A stretch of DNA of 63,979 nucleotides, filler included, from Folioceros fuciformis (taxonomy: Eukaryota), in NCBI GenBank assembly GCA_049999805.1. It is 4 parts of 2 records of this genome, joined end to end, with 100 filler letters (N's around TTAATTAATTAA, not from the genome) between each part and the next. Parts side by side here need not be neighbours in the genome. Positions count along the whole stretch, not along the records: positions 18,123 to 47,703 come from JBNGIO010006373.1; 3 more parts are not named here. The stretch is one strand, 5' to 3'. The notes below the pieces were generated by a model, which saw only the letters and a list, made by a program, of their open reading frames with translations, was not told the DNA's origin and ran no database searches. The position numbers and the translations under genes were made by a program. Shown piece after piece: positions 22,355 to 32,716 of the stretch. How positions within the stretch are numbered: the stretch's first letter is position 1; each line of letters starts with the position of its first letter.

Positions 22355-22796
22355 GATAAACCCTAAGCGAAGCCCTCCACTCAAGGTCCAAGCTCCAAGC
22401 CTTAAGCCTTTGGCCGCATAAACTAGAGCCTTATTATATACACCTCTATGAGTAAAATGGTGGGTCCATGTGAAAGAGGGTGGGACCACATGTGAAAAAA
22501 TATATCGGTCTTGTGAAACGAGGAATGAGGAAAACCCCACCTTGGCCATGCCGGGGTGGTATACATTGCCCACCGTGGCGCTGATACGCGCCACATGTCA
22601 ATGACATGCGCTGAAAAATGTACCAGGCTTGTGAAACGGGCCTTAGGAGACGGGGAGTCCGACCTGTGGAGCAATGGAGGCACATTTTCTTTCACACGGA
22701 TGACAGGGTGGACCCACGGCAACAAGAGTTGTCTACTGCAGCCGTGAAGCGTGAGGCCTGAAGCTGGGAGCCCACCGTGAGAAAAATTGGGGTGCA

Positions 22797-25700
22797 ATGC
22801 TGCTCTACAACTTCAAAAAGATCACGGTGGTGCCTACGGGCAAGGATTTTGTGGATATTGTGCTCTCCCGGACCCAGCGGCAGACACCAACAGTGGTGCA
22901 CAAAGGTTACGCGAGATATCGCATCCGTCAATTCTACATGCGCAAGGTGAAGTTCACTCAGCAGACCTTTCACGATAAAGATCACTTTGGCGCAAGAGAA
23001 CACTACTTGGAATTTAGTGGACAAGATTGCCAAGGATTACGTTTGCCTGCTGAAGTATGGAGATTCTTTGTACCGGAGCAAGCAGCTGAAGAAGGCAGCG
23101 TTGGGAAGGATGTGCACACTAATGAAGAGGATCGGGCCTAGGCTAGCCTACCTGGAGCAGGTTAGGCAACATATGTCACGGCTCCCTTCCATTGACCCTA
23201 ACACGAGGACTATTCTCATCTGTGGGTATCGAAACGTGGGGAAGAGTTCCTTCATCAACAAGATGACGAGGGCCGATGTTGATGTGCAGCCGTATGCATT
23301 TACGACTAAATCCCTGTTTGTAGGTCACACGGATTATAAATATCTGAGATGGCAGGTGATTGATACGCATGGCATTCTGGATCATCCGCGGGAGGACCGT
23401 AATACTATCGAAATGCTGAGTGTGACTGCATTGGCACATCTCCGTGCGGCTATGCTTTTTGTTTGTGATCTTTCTGGGGCATGCGGCATTCTCTAGCATA
23501 GCAAGCTGCTCTGTTCCACAGCATCAAGCCCTTGTTTGCCAACAAACCTGTGTTGATTGCCTGCAACAAGATCGACTTGCAGCCCTTGGGGACGCTGTCT
23601 GAGGATGAGAGGCAGCTTCTTGGTGATATGAGGAGGGAGGCTGCTAGGTGTTCGGCAGGGGTGTTTGCCGATTCTAGCTCTCTGGATGAGGAGATTTGTT
23701 TGCTGACCATGAGCACCCTGACAGAGATGGGAGTGATAGCGGTAAGAAATGCAACTTGTGAGCGTTTGCTTCAGCAAAGAGTGGAGGTGAAGATGAAGTC
23801 AAAGAAAATGAATGATTGTCTGAACAAGATACATGTGGCAATGCCCAAGGCCAGAGATGCGAAGGATCGACCACCTTGCATTCCGCAGGCTGTGCTGGAG
23901 TTGCAGGTAGAAGGTATATCTATCTCTCAAGGCAGGGTACTTGGAAGGGGCATGGAGAACAAGCATGGTGGTGCTGGAGTGTATTCTGCCAATCTCCACA
24001 AGCACTACTTGCTGCTGGATGACAGCTGGAAGGATGACATCGTGCCTGAGATTGTCGATGGTCATAACATCGCAAACTTTTTGGATACTGACATCCTGTA
24101 GAGGCTTGATGAGTTGGAGCAGGAAGAGGCTGCCAGTGAGGTAGCTGAGGGTGGAGATGAGGTCATGGAAGAAGGAGAAGAACTCACTGAAGAGGAGAAG
24201 AAGGCTCTTGCGGCGATTCGGAGGTGGAAGAAACAGCTGCTGTTGGAGCATAGATCAAAGAAAACTATAGGTCACAGCAAGTCTGTCATGCCAAGGACAG
24301 CAGATCGGGATGGCATGTTGTCCACTAATAGAATGGGAAGACACCTTCGCTCCCTAGGCTTAGATCCAAGTGCTGCTGTTGAGAGAGCTCAAAGTAAGTC
24401 TGTCTCTAGGAGAGGAAGGAAGAGAGATAAGTCAGTGAGCATGCCTGTTGAGGATGTGGATGCCATGGACATTGATAAGCCGAGCAAGAGACTGAAGACA
24501 AGGTCCAGATCACGCTCACGTCCTGTTCTTGAAGCCCAACCTAGAAGACCAAGGCCATTAAGCTGGTGAAGAAGGCTGTCAAGCAGAGGAACAAGGATGC
24601 CTCTCATGCTGACGGATTGTGGGGAGCCCTCTTGTTACCAAGAGGCCATGTCAGTGATTGACAAGGACAAGTGGGAGAAGGCGATGCAGTCACGGATGGA
24701 TTCGCTCCATAAGAACCAAACTTGGGAGTTGGTTCGGTTGCCTAAGGGCAAGACGGCGTTGCCATGCAAATGGGTGTATAAGATGAAGGACATACCCCAT
24801 TATGGCAAACCCAAGTACAAGGCACAATTGGTTGCGAAGGGTTTTAAGCAACAGCAAGGTATTGACTTTGATGAGATTTTCTCACCGGTTGTCAAAATGA
24901 CCACCTTGCGATGTGTTCTTGGTCTGGTTGCAAGGCTCGACATGGAACTTGTCCAGATGGATGTGAAGTCGGCATTTTTGCATGGTGATCTCTAGGAAGA
25001 GTTATACATGCAGCAACCAGAGGGTTTCATTGAGAAGGGCAAAGAGAATCTGGTGTGCAGGTTAAAGAAGAGCCTTTATGGTTTGAACCAGGTACCCAGG
25101 GAGTGGTATTTCAAGCTCCACTCATTTATACTTTCTCAAGGCTACAAGCGTAGCGATGAGGATCATTGCCTCTATACGAAGCAAGCTAAGGATGAAAGCT
25201 TGCTCATTCTGGTCCTCTTTGTGGATGAGTGCTAATTGCTAGGATTAACAGTGATGAGATTTCAGCGTTGAAGTCAAAGTTGAATGGTCGCTTTGACATG
25301 ACAGACTTGGGAGAGGCAAGCCATATTTTTGGCATGCGTATTTGTCGAGACAGACAGAAGCGTTTGCTGTACTTGTCTCAGACTGAATACATTAACAAGG
25401 TGCTTCAACGCTTCAATATGGAGAGGGGGAAGGTATTAGTACTCTGTTGCCTCCATATGTGGAACTGTCGAGCAAGGATTGCTCAAGCTCTACGGAGGAC
25501 AAAGCTGAAATGGAGAAGGTTCCATACTCATCAGCTGTAGGGAGTTTGATGTATGCAATGATTGCTACACATCCTGACATTGCCTTTGCAGTGGGAGTGG
25601 TTAGCAGGTTCATGTCAAACCCTGGCAAGAAGCATTGGGAGGTAGTGGAAGGAGTTATGAGGTACTTGAATGGTACGAAAGCTTTGTGCTTATGTTTTGG

Positions 25701-26576
25701 TAGTGAAGATGCATCTGTCGTGGGATATGCGGATGTTGATTATGCAAGGGATATGGACAAAAGAAGGTCCACATCAAGTTACGTCTTCATGTGCACAGGA
25801 GGGGCAGTCTCATGGGATCTTGTTTGCAATTATGTATAACGCTATCTACCATAGAGGCCGAGTATGTTGCAGCGACTGAGGCATGCAAGGAAGCCATGTG
25901 GCTTCCTCGTCTAGTGGGAGATTTAGGGATCAAGGTTGCGCTACCAATGTTGCATTGTGATATCCAAAGTGCTATCCAATTGGCGAAGAATCCACTGTTT
26001 CATGCGAAGACCAAACATGTGGAAGTGAAGTATCACTTCATTCGAGAGGTGTTGGAAGACAAGAGGGTACAACTTGTCAAAGTTCACACTAGTCAGAACC
26101 CTGCAGATGTTCTTACCAAGGGGCTCTCTACGGAGCAATTCGCACAAGCTCGGACACTCATGGGCATGAGGTAGACCACTCTCCTATGAAGGTAAATTGG
26201 CCTTTAAGTGGTAGGTTGTAGGGTTATTAAAGCCCAATGTGCTTAGACTAATATGATTAGTCTAATTAAATTAATGTGATTAGTCTAAAATTAGCAACTA
26301 ATTAAGTATCATTAGTTTAGATTAGCTTAAGCTAATCCTTAACAAGCTTCTTGCATAGCTTCCTATGAGCTTTTCTAGAGGGTATAAATACCCTCTTGAG
26401 CTCCCTTTGTAATAGAGCTGTAAGAGACACTGTGAGACCTCTCTTTCTCCTCTCCTCTTCTCCTTCATCATGTGGCTCCCTTTCCGATCCTTCAAGGGTG
26501 ACAGAGTCGTGTACAACCCAAACCCAAACATCTATTTTCTGGCAAACGATCAATAGGCAGGACGGAACGAAGGTAA
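22797..26576 (+). pseudogene. NOG1: NOG1 pseudogene, near full length, interrupted by a Copia fragment
   Basis: [13 protein letters not shown]...[15 protein letters not shown]1 [23 protein letters not shown]. Deletion near 22980 and several stops. The final KHLFSGKRSIGRTERR* resumes after the LTR at 26495. Confidence 0.93.
24601..26494 (+). mobile_element. 5'-truncated Ty1/Copia element (RT-RNase H + 3' LTR)
   Basis: EPSCYQEAM, CKWVYK, DVKSAFLHG, LYGL, EAEY, AKTKHVEVKYHFIR, ADVLTK. PPT at ~26205-26216 and LTR TGTA(26217)...TTCA(26494). Confidence 0.92.
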
Positions 26577-27313
26577 TAAGCTTCCGTGCGTGGAAGGAAT
26601 ACGGTCGGAAGTGCGTTTTGAGGACTCCGGTAGATAGTGGGTACGGCATATTGTGGACCATGCATCTGGCATAGTCCTCCGCGAGAGTCTCTTTTTGTTT
26701 TGTGTGGCTTTATCTGAGTTAGAACGAGACTTGCCAAGGACACTTAGGTGGGCCACGCCGTAACATGAAGCGGTTAAGAGCTCATGGTAGACGGGCTCAC
26801 CCCATCGCTCCTCTTCTCAACAAATACTTCCATGTACAAGAAGCGAACATCCTTCTGATTAATGAGTTGCTGCTGCTATCTAGCTACCTAGGAGCACTAG
26901 ACCTCCAACGGCGAGGATTTCTCGTTGTATGGTGGCATGCTGTGCATAAAGTATCTGCGTGCTGACATGGAAGTGTTCGTTGACAAGACAAGGTATGTAT
27001 TGTCCGATGCCTTGTCTGAAACAGGTCCTGCTATTGTGACCGTGATCGCTGATGAAACAAATTGAACGTTCTGGCACTGATCCTTACGAGGATGTGGTTG
27101 TCCTCAACAAGAATCTTTGGCCCCCGTTAGCAAACTGTTCCGTGACCTGTACACCAAGTCTCGCAACTGGATGGAAAGGTACAGTCACCGGAGAACGCAG
27201 TTAACCAGTCAAGCAACGCCGGGCGCAAGGAGGAAGCGTCAAGCCTACCTACGGAGGACAGGCTTGTTCTCATTACGTGGCCTCCCTCTATGAGCCCCGG
27301 TTTAAATTCTGTT

Positions 27314-27600
27314 TCAATTCGGTCTACGTCGCTCTGCGCAGGCACTGGCCATGAGCACAGATGGAGACGCCCTCTGAGAATCCAGCCCAACAACCCTTTC
27401 AAAATACCACAGAGCCCTCCCTGTATCCCCGCAACTTCTGCAGGCGTTCAACAAATTCGTCAAGCTCACCACATTATTTTGGTCCTGACATGACAATAGA
27501 ATCCTCTGCGCCTCATCCAACTGGCCTGCACGACCAATCGCAAGATTTGTCATGTGATTGTAAGAGACTGGGTTTGATGCCATGCTGCTCGGCCATGGAC
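27314..27600 (-). pseudogene. PPR gene fragment (S2/E motifs)
   Basis: GRAGQLDEAQRILL...VVSLTNLLNACRSCGD...FERVVGLD...VLMAS. Confidence 0.7.
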
Positions 27601-27852
27601 TCAATTTGCTTGCGACCTTTGTGGACCAGATCCTCATGACTGCATGCTGGTGAAAGGCAAGTAGAAGTAGCATCACCAGGCTGGATACCGGCAACTCTTA
27701 CTATTTCCTCAAAACGAGTTAGTGTCTTGTGACAATCTTGCTCGGACCCTGTTTCTCAACGAAGCTGATTAAGATCAGTGCCTCTGCATTTACTTCCAAA
27801 CCCAAGGTAGTTTGTATCGACAAATGGTCTCTCCCTGCACGATAGCCTGTTC

Positions 27853-30800
27853 ATGGAGGCATGCTTGTTCGAAGGGAGCGTCCAGCGACGGGTTCTTGCA
27901 TCTGGAGGTTCAGCGCATGCTTCTGTGAGCACTGGTTGTGTGGAGCATGGCAGGGCTGGTTGGAGCGTGACTGGGGGAACCGTGAGCAACCTGTGTCATG
28001 AGGGCCGGCTTGCTGAGGCTGTGGAGGCACTGGGAGTTCTGGTGAAGGCGGACAGTTGTGTTACCGGAGCTGTCTTTTATGCGGTTCTGAGGAAATGTGT
28101 AGGCACGAAGGATGTTGTTCTGGGTCGTCGCGTCCATGCTTTCATCGTCAAGCAGGGGTTCCAGTCAGATACGTTTTTGGGCAACCACATTCTACGGATG
28201 TATGCTTCTCATGGGAGTTTAAGAGATGCAATGGATGTGTTCTTAGCGGTTGCTCAACCCGATGCCTTCACATGGTCTGCCATAATTTCTGCTCATGTTA
28301 AACATGGAGAAGAGACTCTGGGTGTAGAATTGTATCATCGGATGCGCAAGTCAAGTGTGAAGCCAGACGGCCATGTATTTGTGGCAGCCCTTCAGGCTTG
28401 TGCAAGGGGGTCGGACTTGAAAAGTGGGAAACAGGTGCATGCTCACGTGTTGGCCACTGGGGTTGGGTCTGATTTGTTTGTGTGTAACGCCTTGGTGAAC
28501 ATGTACGCCAAGTGTGGCAGTTTGGAAGATGCTCAAAGAGTGTTTGATGGGCTTGGTAAAAAGGATGTGGTGACATGGACTGCTCTGATTGCAGGGTATG
28601 CTCAGCAGGGCATGGGGCAGGAAGCTCTTCGTCTCTACAGTATCATGCACGAGGAAGGGATCGCCGTTCCGAATTCTGTGACATTTGTGGGCCTGCTGCA
28701 GGCATGTGCAGGTTTGGGCAGCCTAGCTTTGGAGATGGGAAAGCTGCTTCATGCTGAGCTTCGAGAAGCAGGACATGAAGCTGATGTGTTTGTAGGCAGC
28801 AGTCTGGTGAACATGTATGCAAAGTGTGGGAGCTTGGAAGATGCTCGAAGAGTGTTCGATGGACTTAGTGGAAAGGAGGTGGTGACCTGGACTGCTCTAA
28901 TTGCAGGGTATTCCCAACAGGGCATGGGGAAGGAAGCTCTTTCTCTCTACAGTGCAATGCAAGATGAGGGCATCGCTGTGCCCACTTCCGTGACTTTTGT
29001 GTGCCTCCTGCAGGGATGTGCAAGTGTGGGCACCGCGGCTCTGGAGATGGGAAAGGAGCTTCATGCACAAATTAGAGAAAGAGGCCTTCAAGCAGATGAG
29101 TTTGTAGCTAGCAGTTTGGTAAACATGTATGCAAAGTGCGGTAGTTTGGATGATGCTCACAGAGTCTTTGACGGACTTGGTCAGAAGGATGAGGTGACGT
29201 GGACTGCCCTGATTGCAGGGTATTCCCAGGTGGGCAAGGGTCAGGAAGCCCTTCGTCTCTACAACCTTATGCAAGAAGAGGGCATCGCTGTCCCCAATGC
29301 TGTGACGTTTGCGTGCCTACTGCAGGCATGTGCAAGTGTGGGTCCCCAAGCTCTGGAGACGGGGGAGCAGCTTGATCGGCATTCTAGAGAACAGGGACTT
29401 CAATTTGAGGCGGTTGTTGCCAATAGTTTGGTGAACATGTACGCGAAGTGCGGTAGTCTAGAAGATGCCCAGAGAGTGTTTGACAGCCTAAATCAAAAGG
29501 ATGTGGTGTCTTGGAATGTTCTGATTGGAGGATATTCCCACCAGGGCATGGGGTGGGAAGCCCTTCGTCTCTACAGTATTATGCAAGAACAAGGCGTTGC
29601 CATCCCTGATGCTGTGACGATCGCAAGTCTACTGCAGGCATGTGCAAGTGTGGGCACCCCAGCTTTGGAGAAGGGGAGGCAGCTTCATTCTCAAATCAGA
29701 GAAGGAGGACATCAAGCTGATGCGTATGTAGCCAACAGTTTGGTAAACATGTACACAAAGTGTGGCAGTCTACAAGACGCTCAGCAAGTGTTTGACAGTT
29801 TTGGTCAAAAGGATGTGGTTACGTGGACTGCTCTAATTGCAGGGTATTTGCACCAGGGCATGGGGCAAGAAGCTCTTCATCTGTACAGTATGATGCAAGA
29901 CGAAGGAATCGCTGTCCCGAATTCTGTGACATTTGTGTGCCTGCTGCAGGCCTGTGCAAGTGTGGGCCCGTCAGCTTTGGAGACGGGAAAGCAGCTTCAT
30001 TCGGAACTGAGAGAAGCAGGACATGAAGGTGATGAGTTTGTAGCCAGCAGCTTGGTGAACATGTATGCAAAGTGTGGCAGCCTGGAAGATGCTCAGAGAG
30101 TGTTCGACGGCGTCAATCAAAAGGATCTGGTGACGTGGACTGCTCTCATTGCAGGATACTCGCAACAGAGCATGGGGCAGGAAGCCCTTCGTCTCTTCGG
30201 CATCATGCAAGAAGAAGGCATGGATGTACCCAATTCCGTGACATTTGTGTGCCTCTTGCAAGCATGTGCAAGTCTGGGCACCCGAGCTCTGGAGAAGGGA
30301 AAGCAGCTTCATAAGCAGATCAGAGAACGAGGACATGAATCTGATGTGTTTGTAGCCAGCAGTTTGGTAAATATGTATGTGAAGTGTGGCAGCTTGAAAG
30401 GTGCTCACGGCATTTTCGACCGCTTGGGTCAGAAGGACGTCGTGACGTGGAATGCTATGATAGCGGGATATTCCCAACAGGGCATGGGGCAGGAAGCCCT
30501 TCGGCTCTACTCTGCTATGCAAGAAGGCTGCACGGCTGCACCTGATTCGGTGACATTTGTGTGCCTCCTCCAGGCTTGTGCAAATGTGGCAGCTTTGAAC
30601 CTGGGAAGGCAGCTGCATTCCCAGATTGAAGAAAAAGGGCTGCTTGTTGATGAGCTCGTAGCTGGCAGTTTGATAAACATGTACGGCAAGTCTGGGAGCA
30701 TGGTCGATGCACAGCGGGTGTTCGACGCACTGCACGAAAAAGGTATTGTTGCTTGGAATGCGCTGATAGCAGGCTACACCAGTCAAGGAGACAGTGAAAC

Positions 30801-31395
30801 GGTGTTTGACTTGATCCAGAGAATGCAGGATGATGGCTTACGACCCGTCGGCATAACATTCCTCAGTGTCCTCACAGTCTGCAGTCATGCTGGGCTAGTG
30901 AACAAGGGGCGCCAGTACTTTGAGGCCATGTGCAAAGACTACGGCATCACTCCCACTGCTCACCACCTCACATGCATGGTGGATGTCTTGGGTCGAGCAG
31001 GACACCTGCATGAGGCACTGTCCTTAGTCAAGACAACGCCCGTGGTATGTGATGCTGCAGTTTGGCACACTCTCATGAGTACTTGCCGGAAGTGGGGCAA
31101 CGTGGAGATCGGCCGCCGTGCCTTTGACGAAGCAATGAAGTTAGACAAGCAAGATGCCGCAGCATATGTTTTGATGTCCAACATGTACACAGGGGCTCAG
31201 ATGTGGGAGCAGGCAAGGCAGATGCAGGCCAGGAGAAAGAAAACCAGGGCATGGAAGCAGCCGGGGCAGAGCTGGTGGACAGACATGGACGGGCAGGTGC
31301 ACAGCTTTCTGGTCGGTGACGAGGATTGCCCAGAGTCAATCAAGCCTGCGACTACGACTCAAAACAGAGAAAGACCAATGTGTGCCACATCCTGA
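27853..31395 (+). CDS. PLS-class pentatricopeptide repeat protein with E domains and PG/WW box, no DYW deaminase (organellar RNA-editing factor type)
   Basis: 1180-aa intronless ORF with repeated VNMYAKCGSLEDA / DVVTWTALIAGY / VTFVCLLQAC, E1-E2, and KQPGQSWWTD..VHSFLVGD, then stop. Confidence 0.96.
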   Translation: MEACLFEGSVQRRVLASGGSAHASVSTGCVEHGRAGWSVTGGTVSNLCHEGRLAEAVEALGVLVKADSCVTGAVFYAVLRKCVGTKDVVLGRRVHAFIVKQGFQSDTFLGNHILRMYASHGSLRDAMDVFLAVAQPDAFTWSAIISAHVKHGEETLGVELYHRMRKSSVKPDGHVFVAALQACARGSDLKSGKQVHAHVLATGVGSDLFVCNALVNMYAKCGSLEDAQRVFDGLGKKDVVTWTALIAGYAQQGMGQEALRLYSIMHEEGIAVPNSVTFVGLLQACAGLGSLALEMGKLLHAELREAGHEADVFVGSSLVNMYAKCGSLEDARRVFDGLSGKEVVTWTALIAGYSQQGMGKEALSLYSAMQDEGIAVPTSVTFVCLLQGCASVGTAALEMGKELHAQIRERGLQADEFVASSLVNMYAKCGSLDDAHRVFDGLGQKDEVTWTALIAGYSQVGKGQEALRLYNLMQEEGIAVPNAVTFACLLQACASVGPQALETGEQLDRHSREQGLQFEAVVANSLVNMYAKCGSLEDAQRVFDSLNQKDVVSWNVLIGGYSHQGMGWEALRLYSIMQEQGVAIPDAVTIASLLQACASVGTPALEKGRQLHSQIREGGHQADAYVANSLVNMYTKCGSLQDAQQVFDSFGQKDVVTWTALIAGYLHQGMGQEALHLYSMMQDEGIAVPNSVTFVCLLQACASVGPSALETGKQLHSELREAGHEGDEFVASSLVNMYAKCGSLEDAQRVFDGVNQKDLVTWTALIAGYSQQSMGQEALRLFGIMQEEGMDVPNSVTFVCLLQACASLGTRALEKGKQLHKQIRERGHESDVFVASSLVNMYVKCGSLKGAHGIFDRLGQKDVVTWNAMIAGYSQQGMGQEALRLYSAMQEGCTAAPDSVTFVCLLQACANVAALNLGRQLHSQIEEKGLLVDELVAGSLINMYGKSGSMVDAQRVFDALHEKGIVAWNALIAGYTSQGDSETVFDLIQRMQDDGLRPVGITFLSVLTVCSHAGLVNKGRQYFEAMCKDYGITPTAHHLTCMVDVLGRAGHLHEALSLVKTTPVVCDAAVWHTLMSTCRKWGNVEIGRRAFDEAMKLDKQDAAAYVLMSNMYTGAQMWEQARQMQARRKKTRAWKQPGQSWWTDMDGQVHSFLVGDEDCPESIKPATTTQNRERPMCATS

Positions 31396-31823
31396 CTTGG
31401 ACTCCTTACCAGCAGACATGTGTAATCAGATAACAGGAAGTTAGATCATGTGTATGGGAACAACAAGGACTGACTCCTCATGTAGAAAACATCTTCGCAC
31501 GAAATACATACCCGACGGCGTCGTCAAGCCCACACCAAACATCTGTGCAGTCTTGGAGTCGGAGCACTCGGAATTGCTCAGGCAAGCATGTGTGCTTGAC
31601 TTCAGAATTCCTCCAGTACACATAAACAACACAACTAATCTATAGGCCGCACCAAGAACCTGACACAAACAGCAGTAAGACCTGGCGCGTGGATGCAAAT
31701 CTAAGACGGAGCAACTGTCCAACCTCTTCGACCCGTCAATCTGTACAGCTAATGAGCAGCAAAAGAGGCCCTCTAGATCTGTCATTCACACCGTACAGTC
31801 CCCAAAGGGCCCCCGGTGCCCGT

Positions 31824-32102
31824 TCACTCCTCTCCAGCGTGCTTCTTGGGTGCCTCCTCGGTGATTCCCACCTTTCCTAGGATCTTCTGAAACAGGGACG
31901 GAGAGTCATCCTCTGTAGTGTAAGACGCTTTCAAAGCGGGGGTCTCCACGGTCTGTCGTTCTTGCTCCGGAAGTTTGGGCTTCAAAGAGTAGACCGCCGC
32001 CTTCGCTCTATCCAGAAAGGAGGGTGGCTCTTCCACATCGTAGCTAGCCTTGATCCGCTCTGTCTCTCGAGTTACCTCGCCGCTCGACTTGGGGCTACCC
32101 AT
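31824..32102 (-). CDS. Small hydrophilic protein of unknown function (LEA-like?)
   Basis: 92-aa ORF with a duplicated KASY..E..PS motif and a TATA-like ttaaatag ~110 nt upstream. Confidence 0.45.
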   Translation of the reverse strand: MGSPKSSGEVTRETERIKASYDVEEPPSFLDRAKAAVYSLKPKLPEQERQTVETPALKASYTTEDDSPSLFQKILGKVGITEEAPKKHAGEE

Positions 32103-32716
32103 TCTGACGATGGCGCTGCCTTAGGAATACTGCGGAGGGCCCGGGCCAGTGTTGATTCTGAACATCCTTTTCCACCACATGAAGTGAACGTCCATCTCTG
32201 TCTGAAGCTCGTCTATTTAAAGGGTCTTCTAATCGTGGATCGTCGTGGCTTGGGGGCTCCACACGTTTCGAATATGCTGATTGTAAAAAAAGAAGAATCA
32301 TATTAGAGTGCACTGAGGACGGATGGTGTCATGGCACTTTGGTGCTTAGCAACTTGTACCATGGTATCCCTAGCCGTTAGTCATCGCATCGATTGGAAGA
32401 CAGACCTCCTGATGCCAGCCCTCCTTCCGCAGTTCTCCTCGTTGCAGGACATCGGGCATCCTTGTCCTTAGGAGGGCCTTGGCCCGCCAATGTCTGCAGA
32501 TGGAGGGGACTCGTCACCTGGGTATCCATGGCACTACACCACACGTGCCTAGCCTTGCTCTGGGTGCTGGAAGGATGAGTCGGACGGGAGCTCCAAGAAG
32601 TCACCGAAATTGGAGTTATCAGATCAGTTCGTCCACTGCCTGGTCGGGAGTCTCCAGAGGATAACAACGCCTGGACTTCTTCCGTAAGCACCTTGGACAG
32701 CAAATGCAAGGTCCAC

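Larger units (their letters stand above)
19780..22642. mobile_element. PIF/Harbinger DNA transposon (element 1), degenerate
   Basis: Convergent Myb/SANT gene and DDE_Tnp_4 transposase. Right end tgtgaaacgggcc followed by TTA (typical TSD). Left end not found, so the left boundary is approximate. Confidence 0.85.
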
